NCBI GenBank assembly: GCA_000091205.1
Contig: AP006492.2
Reading direction: 5' to 3' (one strand)
DNA from: Cyanidioschyzon merolae
Taxonomy: Eukaryota
Length of the DNA stretch: 64,000 bases
Under the pieces are notes generated by a model. It saw only the letters and a program-made list of their open reading frames with translations. It ran no database searches and had not been told where the DNA came from. Position 1 is the stretch's first letter. Each line of letters starts with the position of its first letter. The translations under genes and the position numbers were made by a program. Below, piece by piece: positions 22,314-34,131 of this stretch.

Positions 22314-23098
22314 GACGTTCCGATGTTTAAGCAGTAGCACGCTGTGGTATTCGAATTCACGGACTCAGACGATCGAGTGGTACGAAACGCCGTGCGTGAG
22401 GAATTTGGGTTGCGTCTCTGGCTGTCCACAGCGTTGCAGCGCTTCGTGTATGTGATGCGAACGACCGCGAAGCGCGCAAGCTCTGAAGCTGGGTACTAGT
22501 GTCGTCAGGGAGAGGCGATGAAAAAAGGTTAAGTATGTAGGAGCGCTCGCGAGCTGCCCTACGTCATCACGAATATGCACCAGGCGACATGGAGCGCTCG
22601 CTGCAATCGCAAGGCGCCTCTTGAACGCTGGAGGCGGCCGTTGACCACGAGGGCACGATGTTTCGCTGGCAACTCGAAACATAGGAACACTTCACGCGCA
22701 AACCATGGAAAGCGAGAACTCATTGCGTGCCAGAGCGATCGCCTCCAGCAGCGAAAGGAGCAGCGAGAACCCTAGCCGACTGTTCCCAGACGCGACACTC
22801 GTCTGGTGCCTTTGCTGCTCAGTAAACGAGCGTGCCACCTGGTCGACAGCGCTCAGGCGAAAGCGCTCTGTACACTGGTTAGGAGAGCATCTAAAACTCG
22901 CATAACTCTGAATCTATCGAATCCTTCGCATCTAAGTAGAAACGTACCCATAAACGTCTTCGCTTTTGCAGCACAAACCCGTGAACGAACACCCTCCATG
23001 TCGTCGACATAGGTTGTCGACTATGGCTGTGCGCAGCGCATTCACCGGTCTAGTGGTGGAACTTGCTGCGCAAGAAGTTGCGAGCTCTCTGGAGCGGC

Positions 23099-24187
23099 AT
23101 GTTCCACGTCGTCGGTCCGGGGACGTCGAACATGGGACATGTGCAACGAGCGTGGGACCACTTTCGGGCCGTGGGCTCGCCACGGTTTCTCTGCGCTCCC
23201 ATGGTCGACGCGTCTGAGCTGGCGTTCAGGCTTCTCGTTCGCCGTTATGGCGTTCAGCTAGCGTACACGCCGATGCTCCATTCACTTAACTTTTTACAAT
23301 CTCCAAAGTATAGAGACGAGCACTTTACCACCTGCGCGTTGGATCGACCAGTCGTCGCACAGTTCTGCGGGAACGACCCGACGACGCTGGTTGCTGCTGC
23401 CAAGCTCGTCGAGTCGCAAGTCGACGCCGTTGACCTCAACCTGGGCTGTCCGCAAAACATTGCCCGACGAGGACGTTACGGTGCGTTCCTGCAAGACGAC
23501 TGGGACCTCGTCCAGCGCTTGGTCTCCGCGCTGAGCACCCACTGTAGTGTCCCGGTGTGGTGTAAAATTCGCGTTTTTCCGGATGAGCATAAAACGCTAG
23601 CGTATGCCAAACTCATCCAGGATGCCGGCTGTTCGGTGCTTGCTGTGCACGGGCGAACACGCGATCAGAAAGGAAACGATCCTGGTCCAGCAAACTGGAC
23701 CATGATTCGACGCATCAAAGAGCATCTAGAGATCCCGGTGCTTATGAACGGAAACATTCAGAGCTGGGCCGATGTACAGCGGGGCCTTGCGGAAACGCGC
23801 TGTGACGGTGTACTGGCTGCGGATCGTTTACTTGCATATCCCGCTCTATTTTCAGGTCGAGAAGACAATTGTATTTATGCACTGGCCCGGGAGTATCTGG
23901 GGATTGTGGAGCAATACGATCCCCAGACGCCAGCACGCATGATTCGAGGCCACCTTTTTCGGATGCTGAACGCAGATATTCGTCGCGACGAGGACCTTCG
24001 AGAGCGCTTGTTAGGAGCGCATTCTGTGCAGGGTTTTGCCGAGGCCGTGCTCATCGCTCAGCGACGAGCAGCAGAGATGCCTGTGGTCGCGGCGCCACTC
24101 GAGCGGGTACACGGACTCGGCGGGTCATCGCGTGTGGATGTCTCGCGTGGAGCATCGCAACCGCAGACGTATGCACGGCCTGTATGA
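23099..24187 (+). CDS. DUS1: tRNA-dihydrouridine synthase, Dus1/DUS1L-like
   Basis: Strong collinear match to DUS1L. Motifs: FLCAPMVDASELAFRLLVRRYGVQLAYTPMLHS, DRPVVAQFCGNDP, VDAVDLNLGCPQNIARRGRYGAFLQDDWDLVQRLV, VPVWCKIRVF, VLAVHGRTRDQKG, IPVLMNGNIQSWADV, GVLAADRLLAYPALFSG. The track start at 23063 is TTG; the first ATG is at 23099. Confidence 0.85.
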   Translation: MFHVVGPGTSNMGHVQRAWDHFRAVGSPRFLCAPMVDASELAFRLLVRRYGVQLAYTPMLHSLNFLQSPKYRDEHFTTCALDRPVVAQFCGNDPTTLVAAAKLVESQVDAVDLNLGCPQNIARRGRYGAFLQDDWDLVQRLVSALSTHCSVPVWCKIRVFPDEHKTLAYAKLIQDAGCSVLAVHGRTRDQKGNDPGPANWTMIRRIKEHLEIPVLMNGNIQSWADVQRGLAETRCDGVLAADRLLAYPALFSGREDNCIYALAREYLGIVEQYDPQTPARMIRGHLFRMLNADIRRDEDLRERLLGAHSVQGFAEAVLIAQRRAAEMPVVAAPLERVHGLGGSSRVDVSRGASQPQTYARPV

Positions 24188-25761
24188 GATCTAACGTCTG
24201 TTTTGGGAGCAAACTGTGCATCCCGGGTGCATTTGGAGAACGGCTGACATGATTTCTAGTGCCTTTTTCGGGAGTGTATGGCACAACGCTGATGGAATTG
24301 CGCAGCGGCGACGGCGAGCCGTTTCCTGAGGTATCGGCATCGCCGATGCCGCTTACCGTGGACGTCTGACCTTTGAATGTATTTGTGGTGATGGTCTGCT
24401 TGATCGGGGATGTCCCATGAATGCGTCCACAAAGGCTGTGTATCGACGAGGTAGATGATATGGCGACAAGCTCAGTATGGCCCGCATACAATGCGGAAAA
24501 GGCCCCGCCTCGGCTGTGCATGTAGCTTGATGCGCGCGCTCGCCTGCATTGTTGAAGAGCACGCGACCTGTCCACGGGAAGCTGGACCTAGGGCCAGAAT
24601 CGGATCCGAACTACATCATTGTATCAGCGCTTGAGCGCAACAAGCGACGCTCTGCAAGGCTCGTAAACAAGAGCTCGCATGCTTGAGACGTATCGTTGGC
24701 GCTAGCTTTGTCAAAAAGCCCCCGTATCGGTTCCCTAGGCCCGTTGTTGACCCATAACGAGTAGATCGAGCCTCCTCAGGTTCCATATTGCGCTGTGAAA
24801 GGATGCATGCACTTGTAGTCGTCGTCGTCGTCGTCGTTGGCTAAAGGCTCACAGCAATCACCGCTACGGAAACAACTCCCTGGTGCGTCGTAAACGCGTT
24901 GTGTTCCGAGTCCCCGGATCCATGGTCGTTTCCCAGGTCGATCCATCAGACGAGGCTACCAGTACGCACATCCACATATGATGCATAGGTGCGTTCTATC
25001 GCTGCGGCCTGCAGCGGCATATTCAGGGACTCCACCGCCCAACGTCAGAGATTGTCGAACGCTGTGCATGCTCCAAGCGCTGGCGAAACATACGTCTCTC
25101 GGAGCGACCGCCATTCAGAGGCGCTCGCGTTGGATGCGCTTTTGGTTGCATCCGAAAAGTGGCTTCGTTCTTCAGGGATGCATCTTGGAGAATACGCCTG
25201 GAAGACTGGACTGTTGGGGTCGTCAATCCGTATCGCAGCGCGAGAGCACGTACTGTACATATACTTGTCAAGGAACATTATCTTTCTTCTAAATTGTAAG
25301 TGCTTCTGATCTACGCCGAATGTCTAGCATCTGCAGTCTATAACGTTGTCAACGTGTCGGTTTCAAAGCAAAACCATGCCGACATCATACTCGACGTATC
25401 TTCCGCAAACAAGGAGGAGTGAGCGCCGTGCGCATCCGCCAGCATGCCTGGATGACATGAAAGTATCCGGTGCGGCACGTTTGCTGGTCACGCACGCACC
25501 GCGAAAACAAACCGCTTGACCACAGTGACATTTACTGGACGCTGACGCCTTCCACCAGCAAGTCCAGAGGCAACCGGCCTCGTCTGCCGGCTCTGGCAGC
25601 GCACTTCCCGGTGCTGTAGAGGCTTTGCTCCCGCAACGACAGCGGCATGACTTGGGGAATGCGTTCCGCACCACCCACGGATGACTAGTCGAACGCGCCG
25701 CCTGAACGCAGAACACCGCGCTTCCATCGGCAATCGGTCCACGTGTCTCGTCACCGTATCT

Positions 25762-27228
25762 TTATCGGTCAACTTCACCAAACACAAGATCCAGCGTACC
25801 AACCAGAGTCACAACGTCCGCAATCATATGGCCTCGAGCAAGCATATTCAGACCACTCAGATGCGCAAACCCGGGAGCGCGAATATGGACGCGATACGGC
25901 CGATTCGTTCCGTCGGAAATCATGTAGATGCCCTCCTCTCCTTTGGGTGCCTCTACCGCGACGTAGGTCTCACCAGCAGGAACAACGAAACCCTCTGAAT
26001 ACAGCTTGAAATGGTGGATAAGGGATTCCATGGAGGACTTCATGTCGTGTCGACTCGGTGGCGATACCTTGCGATCATCGACTCGAATCTCGCCTGAGGG
26101 CATCTGATTCAAACATTGCTGTATGATGTCCAATGACTGGCGCATTTCCTCGACACGTACGAGGTATCGGTCATACGAGTCTCCGTACACACCGACGGGG
26201 ATCTTGAAATCCACGTAGGCGTATGCGTCGTATGGTTGGACTTTGCGAATATCCCACGGAACGCCGCTCGCCCGCAACATCGGACCGGTAAAGCCCCAGT
26301 TCAGTGCGTCTTCGGCGCTCAGCACGCCGATACCAACGAGACGTTGTTTCCAGATTCGATTGTTGGTGAGCATCTCCTCGATCTCGTCTACACGCGAAGC
26401 GAACTGTCGGCACCAGGCGTAGATATCATCGCAGAGGCCCAGCGGAAGATCCTGGTGCACACCACCGGGTCTGAAGTAGTTGGCGTGCATGCGAGCGCCA
26501 CTGACACGCTCGAAAAACTCGAAGGTTTTCTCTCGCTCTTCGAATGCCCAGAGGAAGGGCGTCAGCGCGCCTACATCCATCGCATGGGTCGTGACAGCGA
26601 GCAGATGGTTCGAAATGCGCGTGATTTCCGCGAACATCGTTCGGATGTACTTAGCCCGCAGCGGCACCTCGATTTTGAGCAGTTTCTCCACGGCTAGGCA
26701 GAAAACTTGTTCATTACACAACATGGAGCAGTAGTCTAGTCGATCCATGTACGGCAGCGCTTGCAGATACGTTTTATATTCCATCAGCTTTTCCGTGCCG
26801 CGGTGGAGCAAACCGACGTGCGGGTCCGTCGACTCGACTACTTCGCCGTCGAGCTGGAGTACTAAACGTAACACACCGTGAGCAGCGGGGTGCTGCGGCC
26901 CAAAGTTGAGCGTGAAGTTGCGGATCTCTTTTGCGTTCTCCAGGTTTGCACGCATGCGCTCCTTTTCGTGCGGCTCGAGCTGCTGAACATCCACTTCCCC
27001 AGAGAAAGCGTTGTAGCTCTCAAGATCAACATAGTCCTTAGGTTGGAGCGCTCCGGGCTCAGGTCGCGTTCGTGTCGCATCAACGCAGAGTGCTCGCACG
27101 CCGGTACCCAGCAACCGACGCACCAGAAAACCGTTGTGAGGCGCAGGGTCGGCGTAGCGCCGCCCCAACTGGTGTAGGAGTAGGTTTCTGGCGAGCCCCA
27201 GACCCGAGCAAAAGCCTCGACACCACAT
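25762..27228 (-). CDS. NDUFS2: NADH:ubiquinone oxidoreductase 49-kDa subunit (NDUFS2 / Nad7 / NuoD), nuclear-encoded with N-terminal presequence
   Basis: [24 protein letters not shown]...[50 protein letters not shown]...[20 protein letters not shown]...[15 protein letters not shown]. The start codon at 27228 is ATG. An approximately 100-aa N-terminal extension ([24 protein letters not shown]...) is consistent with mitochondrial targeting. Confidence 0.9.
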   Translation of the reverse strand: MWCRGFCSGLGLARNLLLHQLGRRYADPAPHNGFLVRRLLGTGVRALCVDATRTRPEPGALQPKDYVDLESYNAFSGEVDVQQLEPHEKERMRANLENAKEIRNFTLNFGPQHPAAHGVLRLVLQLDGEVVESTDPHVGLLHRGTEKLMEYKTYLQALPYMDRLDYCSMLCNEQVFCLAVEKLLKIEVPLRAKYIRTMFAEITRISNHLLAVTTHAMDVGALTPFLWAFEEREKTFEFFERVSGARMHANYFRPGGVHQDLPLGLCDDIYAWCRQFASRVDEIEEMLTNNRIWKQRLVGIGVLSAEDALNWGFTGPMLRASGVPWDIRKVQPYDAYAYVDFKIPVGVYGDSYDRYLVRVEEMRQSLDIIQQCLNQMPSGEIRVDDRKVSPPSRHDMKSSMESLIHHFKLYSEGFVVPAGETYVAVEAPKGEEGIYMISDGTNRPYRVHIRAPGFAHLSGLNMLARGHMIADVVTLVGTLDLVFGEVDR

Positions 27229-28904
27229 ATTTAGGTCGCTTTACAAGTCTGCAAGCACCGTCGCCAACAGCACACAAAACAGCAGTTAACAGAAAGAAAG
27301 AATGAATGAATGAATGAACGATGCGATGCCAAGCGCGCCTGCGTTGTACTCAGTGTCTAGGGCGCAGCGGATGCGACGCACAGGTCGCTAGCGGCGCGCG
27401 TCTGGGCATCGAGTAGCGAGCCGACGCCCGCTGGGACATGGGAAAGCCGTACTTTCTCCGTTCTATGAGTGCACCAGCGCTCTAGTCGCTATCGCGGACG
27501 ATTAGGACAGGTACTCTACACATGGTAGAACGTGTAAAGCGACCAGAATATTCGAGGAGACGTATGGGTGATGGGATTTGGAAGACGGGCGTAGATCGAT
27601 GGATGCTTTACCACGCGCTCATATCGAGCGCGCAGTCGGGTAAAGCTGGCCGATATAACCATTCTTTCAAATAAAAACTCTGGAACTCCAGCGCGACAGC
27701 GGGCGCCGCAAGCACCGATACTGCGCTTACGACATAAGAGTTGCCGTGGCGCGGGAACTCAAGCATCTTTCCGCCTAGGTTTGTATTCGGGGTATTCACT
27801 AGTTCGTTAGAGAGTAGTGGACCACAACTGGCGCTCGTCTAGTGGAGTCGTGTCAAATGAGAATGGAATTCTGAACTGCTTGCTCTGTTCCTGCCTTTCA
27901 GTTTTTTAGAGCTTCTTTCGGACGTACAAATTTGACCTTACAAGTGCATCAAAAAGAACTTACTGGTTCATGTTTAAGTCTAGAATGTTCGGTGGTGTTT
28001 CCGCGGGGTGGTGCATTCGACGCTTTGCCGCTGGCATCCGTGACTTTATGGTCATCAAGATGATTCACAACGCCATCGAACAACATTTCGTAAACTAACT
28101 GACTGCGTTATCCAATGCAAACAAGCAAGTCGCCACGCTTCGCCTCTCCTTACGTGTAGCATGCTCGAATCACAGATTCTCCAAGTTTTCGATTATTCTG
28201 TTCCCAAGTCGCTCGTTGGCGCGGCGATGCGCGCCGCTGTATAGACGATGAAATAGTCTCAAAGGTGTCACTGGCAGACTTATTCACAAGACACGTGGCA
28301 AAGGTTCATTTTACCGCCAATGTTCAATATTCGATGCGGTTCGAGGAAGAAATTCTCTAATCTACTTAGTAGTCGACGAAACGGTATCCCACACCAGCAT
28401 GATAGCTCTGACAGGATATGCTCCAGGAGACTCCTTGTTTCTTCTATTTGCATGCGAGAGGGCGTTGAAAGCGGACTTTCGTCATCGCAGCGATCGCTTC
28501 TAGTGGAGCGTGGGTCACCGCTTTCCACAAACGGGGCGTAGACGCATCGGGTGCGCTCGAATGCCTCGCCGACCTGAATTGCCCTTCCGATACGTTTTCC
28601 AGCAACGAAAACATCGCGTACCCCGAAGCCTCTATCGAGTAGAACAGCGCGCACTTAGAGTTGCACCAAACAGAATACTCTCCGGGGTATCGCTCAGACC
28701 AAGACCGCCATCGTGGCGTATGGTGGTTGACGCGGAAACCGGGGCAGCAAGGGTATCCCCCTGGACAAGTAAAAGGCATGTATCGAGCGATGGGGCAAGC
28801 GTTCACGACCCACAGGACGACGCTCGGAGTAGGAGGCGGAAGAGGTTCGCTTGAAATATGGTAAAACCGGAGCACGGCCAGGCGTCACCGCTGTGAAGGG
28901 CACG

Positions 28905-29125
28905 CCAACGCTGTATACGTACAAGATGAATCTGGCAGGTGAAGCATCGATCGCAACTATTTTCTCTGCATGAAACGCGTGGACAACATCCGAAACCCGC
29001 GAAACCGAGACTTGAACGCTGCCCTCAATATCCTTCGACTGCTGAAAACGCAGCTGGAGGCTGGGAAAGGCCATCATACGAAAAGCCGGAGATAAGAAAG
29101 GACAAACCTGGAAACGCGCAGAGGG
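28905..29125 (+). repeat. Short dispersed repeat family R3, copy 2 of 3
   Basis: ctgtatacgtacaagatgaa...gcatgaaacgcgtggacaac...cttgaacgctgccctcaata...gga aligns with 31570..31795 and with the reverse complement of 12630..12800. Confidence 0.6.
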
Positions 29126-29972
29126 AGCTCACAGAAGCCGGCTTTGACGACAATTGGAAGTGACTCAAACATTAGTATGGACGCCAGACTAAGGGGACCC
29201 GTTCCACTTTATTCTGACATGGGAGTCGCGCGAGCATACGCCGACCTATGGATGTGAGCGCCGAGTCACTGGCGGTCGTCCGTTCAGCAGACAGCGGCAT
29301 ATAGACAAGCTGCGCACGAGCGTTTTTCGCTCAGCGACAACGCGTCGCGCCGGCGCGCAAACAACAAAGACGCAAACGCTTCGGTCCTGCTCTGGGGTAC
29401 GCAACACTTCTTAGAGTTCGAGTTGAAATGTCTGCCCTTATGCAAGGCTTTACCGGAATGAGCGGCACGAATGACCACACTCAGCGGACAGAGGTCGAGG
29501 TGAAACCTCGAACGACGTACGTTACAGTGCAGCAGTTTCAGACGCAGCTCAGTCGTGACTGGATCGCGGCAGTCACTCTGGACCCTTCTTTTCTTACCTA
29601 CCAAAGTCTATCAAAGGGAGAAAAGAGCATTTATCGAGAGCGATGCGTTCTTGTAGAGCGCTTCGCGGAGCTCTCGCGACAACAAGACCAGTCCGACACC
29701 CCATAACCGGGTATGCGGAGCGTCGTTCGGAGCCATGGTGACAGACGCGGTAGGCACGACGTCCGTATCCCGGCACAAGAGCGTGCAGCGTAGACCTGAG
29801 CATCGCATCCGGGACCACACTGGCGTTGCTACGAAGGACGCTAGAGTCGCCGATCGTGTGATGAGGAGCACGCGAGCCACTCCATTACACTACTGACGGA
29901 ACCAACGCCCTGCAGCACTTTTGCGTCCACCAGGCGCTGCTCTACGGCACGCTACGCCACCGTATTTACGGT

Positions 29973-30305
29973 TTACTCGCTCGTCGCTTTCTTGAGGAAA
30001 GCGATCAAGTCTGCTCGTTCCTGCGGCTTTTTTAAACCTGCGAAAACCATCTTCGTGCCAGGAATATACTTCTTTGGGTTCTCTAAATATTCGAATAGTG
30101 TTTCATCTTTCCATACAACACCAGAGTTCTTGTTTGCAGCCGTATACGCAAAACCAGGTACAGAGCCTGCCGGACGTCCGAAGAGTCCGTGCAAGTTCGG
30201 CCCTTGCTTCGTTGGACCTCCTTTCTCGTACGTGTGACACTGAGAGCACTTGGTTTTGAAGATCTTCTCTCCTCTAGATGCGTCTCCTTCGGGAATGTCG
30301 CCCAT
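29973..30305 (-). CDS. CYC: Cytochrome c (mitochondrial, class I)
   Basis: [110 protein letters not shown] is full-length canonical cytochrome c with the CSQCH haem site. The track start at 30308 is GTG; the ATG is at 30305. The stop is TAA at 29973..29975. Confidence 0.95.
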   Translation of the reverse strand: MGDIPEGDASRGEKIFKTKCSQCHTYEKGGPTKQGPNLHGLFGRPAGSVPGFAYTAANKNSGVVWKDETLFEYLENPKKYIPGTKMVFAGLKKPQERADLIAFLKKATSE

Positions 30306-31569
30306 CACGCTCGCAACCTCGCAGACCCTCGAACCAGACGATGTTCACGCCCAAACGAATGCACAAAGCGTTCGTATCGATCGGCTCTGGATCCTTGCAC
30401 GCCCCGTTCAGGAGCGCCCGCGCCCGGGCGGCGGCAGCGACGGCGCGTTCATGAAGCCGCTCACCGTCGGATGCGCAGCGGCGGCGGCGCTTGCGCTGCG
30501 CCCCTGTCTGCCAGCATCCACAGCGGTATGGAATGGGGTACGGAACGACTGGATCCGTTCCTGCGCTTCGGGTTTCTTTTCGAGAGTTTTTGCAGTTGTG
30601 CAGTCTCGAGTTTCGACGTGTAGCGAGAGGGGCTTGGGGATTCACCTGAAGTCTTAGGAAACTCGGTCGACGTTTTGGAGTGGCTTGTTTAACGCTTTGC
30701 CGCTGGTGTTCCTTGCGTCACCGTAAACGAGATAATTCGCAAGAGTCCGTAAACAATGAATTGATAGTATTATGCATTGTTTAGGCATATACCACCATTC
30801 TCTTCAAATGATGCATAGCTTGCCTGCATCACGCAATCTTCAGGCTCTGGATCTTCCTCTTTGTAGGCATCTGGTGCGCCTAGCGACATTCGCCGATGGA
30901 TCATCGACGACAAATGGACGACGACGTTCCTTGAGAAGTGCTGTATGAGCTCGCGCCGAACGTTTCTTGAAGTTCTCATTCCAAATTAGCGAATCGGTTC
31001 GAAAGTCAAATCCTGATCTCTTTGTGGCCATGAACGAAACGGCATTCGACAGCAGCACGATACCTCTCGCATGAGGCATGCAGCCCCGAGCTTCCGCCTC
31101 TACTGTTTGCAAGAGAAAGAGTTTTGAAGTTGGAATCCAGCCATCGAATCGTTGGCTTCCAGGACAGCGTGCGTCACTGCTTTGCACGAAGCGAGCGTAG
31201 AAGCATCGACATTGTTCGAAGTTATCTCCAGTAGAGAGTGTGCCCCCGGTACTTGTTTGATGACGGACGACATTGCGTTTCATAAATCGCTTATCGAATG
31301 GAAATGCACGCTATTTCTCGTACAGCAAATAGCTTCATCACGTAGTGAATCGCCTAGAAACAGCCCGTGATTATCGGGTACGGGACCGGGCGCGGAAACG
31401 GAGGCGGGCATGAAGCAGAGCGCTCTATACCAGTTGAGTACATGAAACGATCGACAAAACAAGCGTTCACACGCTATAGGGTACACATTTTACGAAGAGG
31501 AAAAGGAGCAGGTGTGCTGCACATATGGAAACAACTCATCATAGCCATATGTCATTGCTGCGAAGCGCG

Positions 31570-31795
31570 CACCGAAGCTGTATACGAAAAACATGAACAA
31601 GGTAAGCGAAGCCCGGATCTCAACTGCTGGATGTGCATGAAAAGCATCGACAACAGCCTGAAGCAGCAAAGTCGGAACTCGAACGCTGCCATCAAATTCC
31701 GTCTACTGCCGACATCGGAGCTAGTGGTACCGGTGTATTTCAAGCGAAATATAAGGGAGAGGAAAAGGGAGCATTCGCAGATAACGCACGCAACG
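31570..31795 (+). repeat. Short dispersed repeat family R3, copy 3 of 3
   Basis: See the 12630..12800 and 28905..29125 entries. Confidence 0.6.
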
Positions 31796-33243
31796 GCCGG
31801 TGCCGGGGACACTGCGAAGCGGCTTAAACTTTAGTGCGCATGTGAGGGTTAGCGAATTAGAGCCGTTCCTTTTGCCTCCTGACGTGAATCCAGACAAAAG
31901 GGCTCATCGGTGTGCTCATGCTCACTCCAGGGGAGTTTTCCGCAGCATCCGCGGGCACCCGCCAAGCATCGCCCGGTCACCTGGATCGCTGTTCGGGCAA
32001 CATCAGAGGTGATAACGGTACGATCGTCACGCTGCCAGATGCACAGCATTACCCAGAGCATTTCGAAAGCCACTCGTATCTCAGCGTCAGTGCATTGCGC
32101 GCTGTTTCGCTGCGCGCACTGTCGCAGGACTGCATATCCATATCGCCGGACGTGCACATACAACCACACGGCGCTCGCTATGGAACGCATGAAGACAGAG
32201 CATCCATCCACGGCTGCCTCGGACCAGATACCATAAGGACAGGCCGACGACGCATGCCCAGCGTGCGCGGGACACGCGCTGTTTCAGTCTAGTGCTGAAC
32301 CTTTCGCTGCCTTCGTTGACACCCTTGGCATGCAGCACATTCGCAGACTACCAATCGACGTGCCCCCGCAGACACCATTTCAGCGGATCCGCAGATTTAC
32401 ATTCACGGTGAAGTGTTCAAGCTCGCATCCTTTTTCCGTGTTTCACTGTCGATGGCCACGGAACGTCTCACATCGACAGGTGCAAGCAGCATGTACCCGC
32501 GCTCGATCGCTCCAGAGTCATGAAGCGCAGCGTCGCGTGCACGATATATCGCTTGGAGAAGTACCCATTTGCTGCTGGCTTTCAGAAATTCTGTTCACAG
32601 AAACGTTATCGTCTGCAACCAGGAATATGGACAGAATGATAGCAAGTAGTTTCCTCTTGTATCGGGCCATTGTCGTCGAGTGCACTGCAGTGTGAAGCAG
32701 AACAGGGTGTTCGCATCGTGTCGCGTCACGGACAGCGTACCAAGTCTCTGATGAACTTGCAGCGCAAACGCTTCATATTCCGCTGTCGAAGTCATGGCCC
32801 ACGCGTTTATAGCAGAAGAGTAGCACCAAACCAGGTGAGCTGAGAGCAGTTTACATCCGAAGGGTGCCTACACTGCTGGCCGCAGTTTTACGACTTTTGA
32901 GGCCTCGCTCGAGGCCAAAATACCCCGTTTCTGTGCTACACCTCTCATCATCGCACGCCGATATTCAAGAACGTCAAAAAAACGCTAAAGTCACCGAGTT
33001 TCAGTGCTAGTGCGATCCGCACCAGGTTGACTACGACTGCGGGTGCAGCTCGCTCAGCGCTCACCGCTGCTCGCCGCATATCAGTCGCTGCCAGCGCAGC
33101 GCTTGCCGGCGCATTCGACGTCTCGTTGGTTTTTCCCACAGCGTAACGAACGGGCGACAGCTGGTCAAAGCTGTAGCGCTTCGGCTACGAGCACACGACG
33201 CACAGACACTGGCCCACGGCTTGCCGAAGCGTGCGAGTGTGCC

Positions 33244-34131
33244 ATGGGTACGCATTCTGGGCATGAGAGAAACGGGGAGAGCGCACGTGGCGGGGCCCTG
33301 CAGCGTCTAGAGCGTCGCCTGGCTGCAGCCTGGGCCGAGCAGGACGCTTACCAAATCGAGCAGCTAGCTGGAATGATCTACGATAGGCTTGTACGCTCAG
33401 ATCCGTCAGCCGCTGCAACCGTGTTAGAACAGAATGCGCATCGCCTCGCGGTAGCGGGCAAACCAGCTGAAGCAGCGGAGCTGGCGACGCGTTTGATTCG
33501 GCACTGGCGCGAGCTCGAGCAGCGACCTTTCTACCTCGCGCGACTCCAGCAGATGGTGCTCGAACCGTTGCAAGCTCTGAGTGGAGTCGAAGCTGCGCGG
33601 GCGCGCACCATGGTTCTCGAAGCTGTCCTGGCCTGGAAACGAGCATCGGCGACGGTGGACACAGAAGAGGCGGCACCCGCAGAGCTCGCACCCGTACAGG
33701 ACGCACTCGTAGACGCGTATGTGCTCTGCGGTGAATGGGCACGCGCTCAATACCAAGTAGTCTGTCGAGGCGGACCTGCTGAACGCGATCTTGCCTTCAT
33801 CGACGAGCAGCTAGGTCCGCATCTTGCAAACGATGTGGAAAGGATGCTGGCTCGAACTCGTTTGGTTCTCTTCTACGTGCTGGCTGGCAACCTGAAAGCA
33901 GGCCGGGCATTGGTCGAAGAGATTCAGCGAAAGCACCCAACTGCCCCGATGACGAACTTTGTAGTCATCCTGATGCAGGTTCTCGAGCGCGCCCGAAACG
34001 TCGACAGCAGCAAACGCCGCCTATTGCGAAACTTTTGCGATGACCTCAAGCGAGTCTATCATTGGGCGTTTTCTCTGGATCCTGAGCTTGATGCCATGCT
34101 TGATGATGTGCTCAAAGCTCAAGGTTTGTAG
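33244..34131 (+). CDS. GET4: GET4 / TRC35-like protein (tail-anchored protein insertion pathway)
   Basis: N-terminal [38 protein letters not shown] parallels human GET4 [60 protein letters not shown] parallels [21 protein letters not shown]. The C-terminal half has a similar helical-repeat pattern ([10 protein letters not shown]... vs TTYTQKHPSIE...). The track start at 33043 is GTG; the first ATG is at 33244. The assignment comes from remembered sequence, not a computed alignment. Confidence 0.5.
   Translation: [295 protein letters not shown]

Noticed and set aside
21760-22455. Long ORFs on both strands (231 aa plus, 171 aa minus) that look like repeat-containing proteins, or alternatively a CRISPR-like array
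   Set aside because: They are produced entirely by the 69-bp (23-codon) tandem minisatellite, whose period keeps every frame open. The units are directly abutting with no unique spacers, so this is not a CRISPR array, and the context is eukaryotic.
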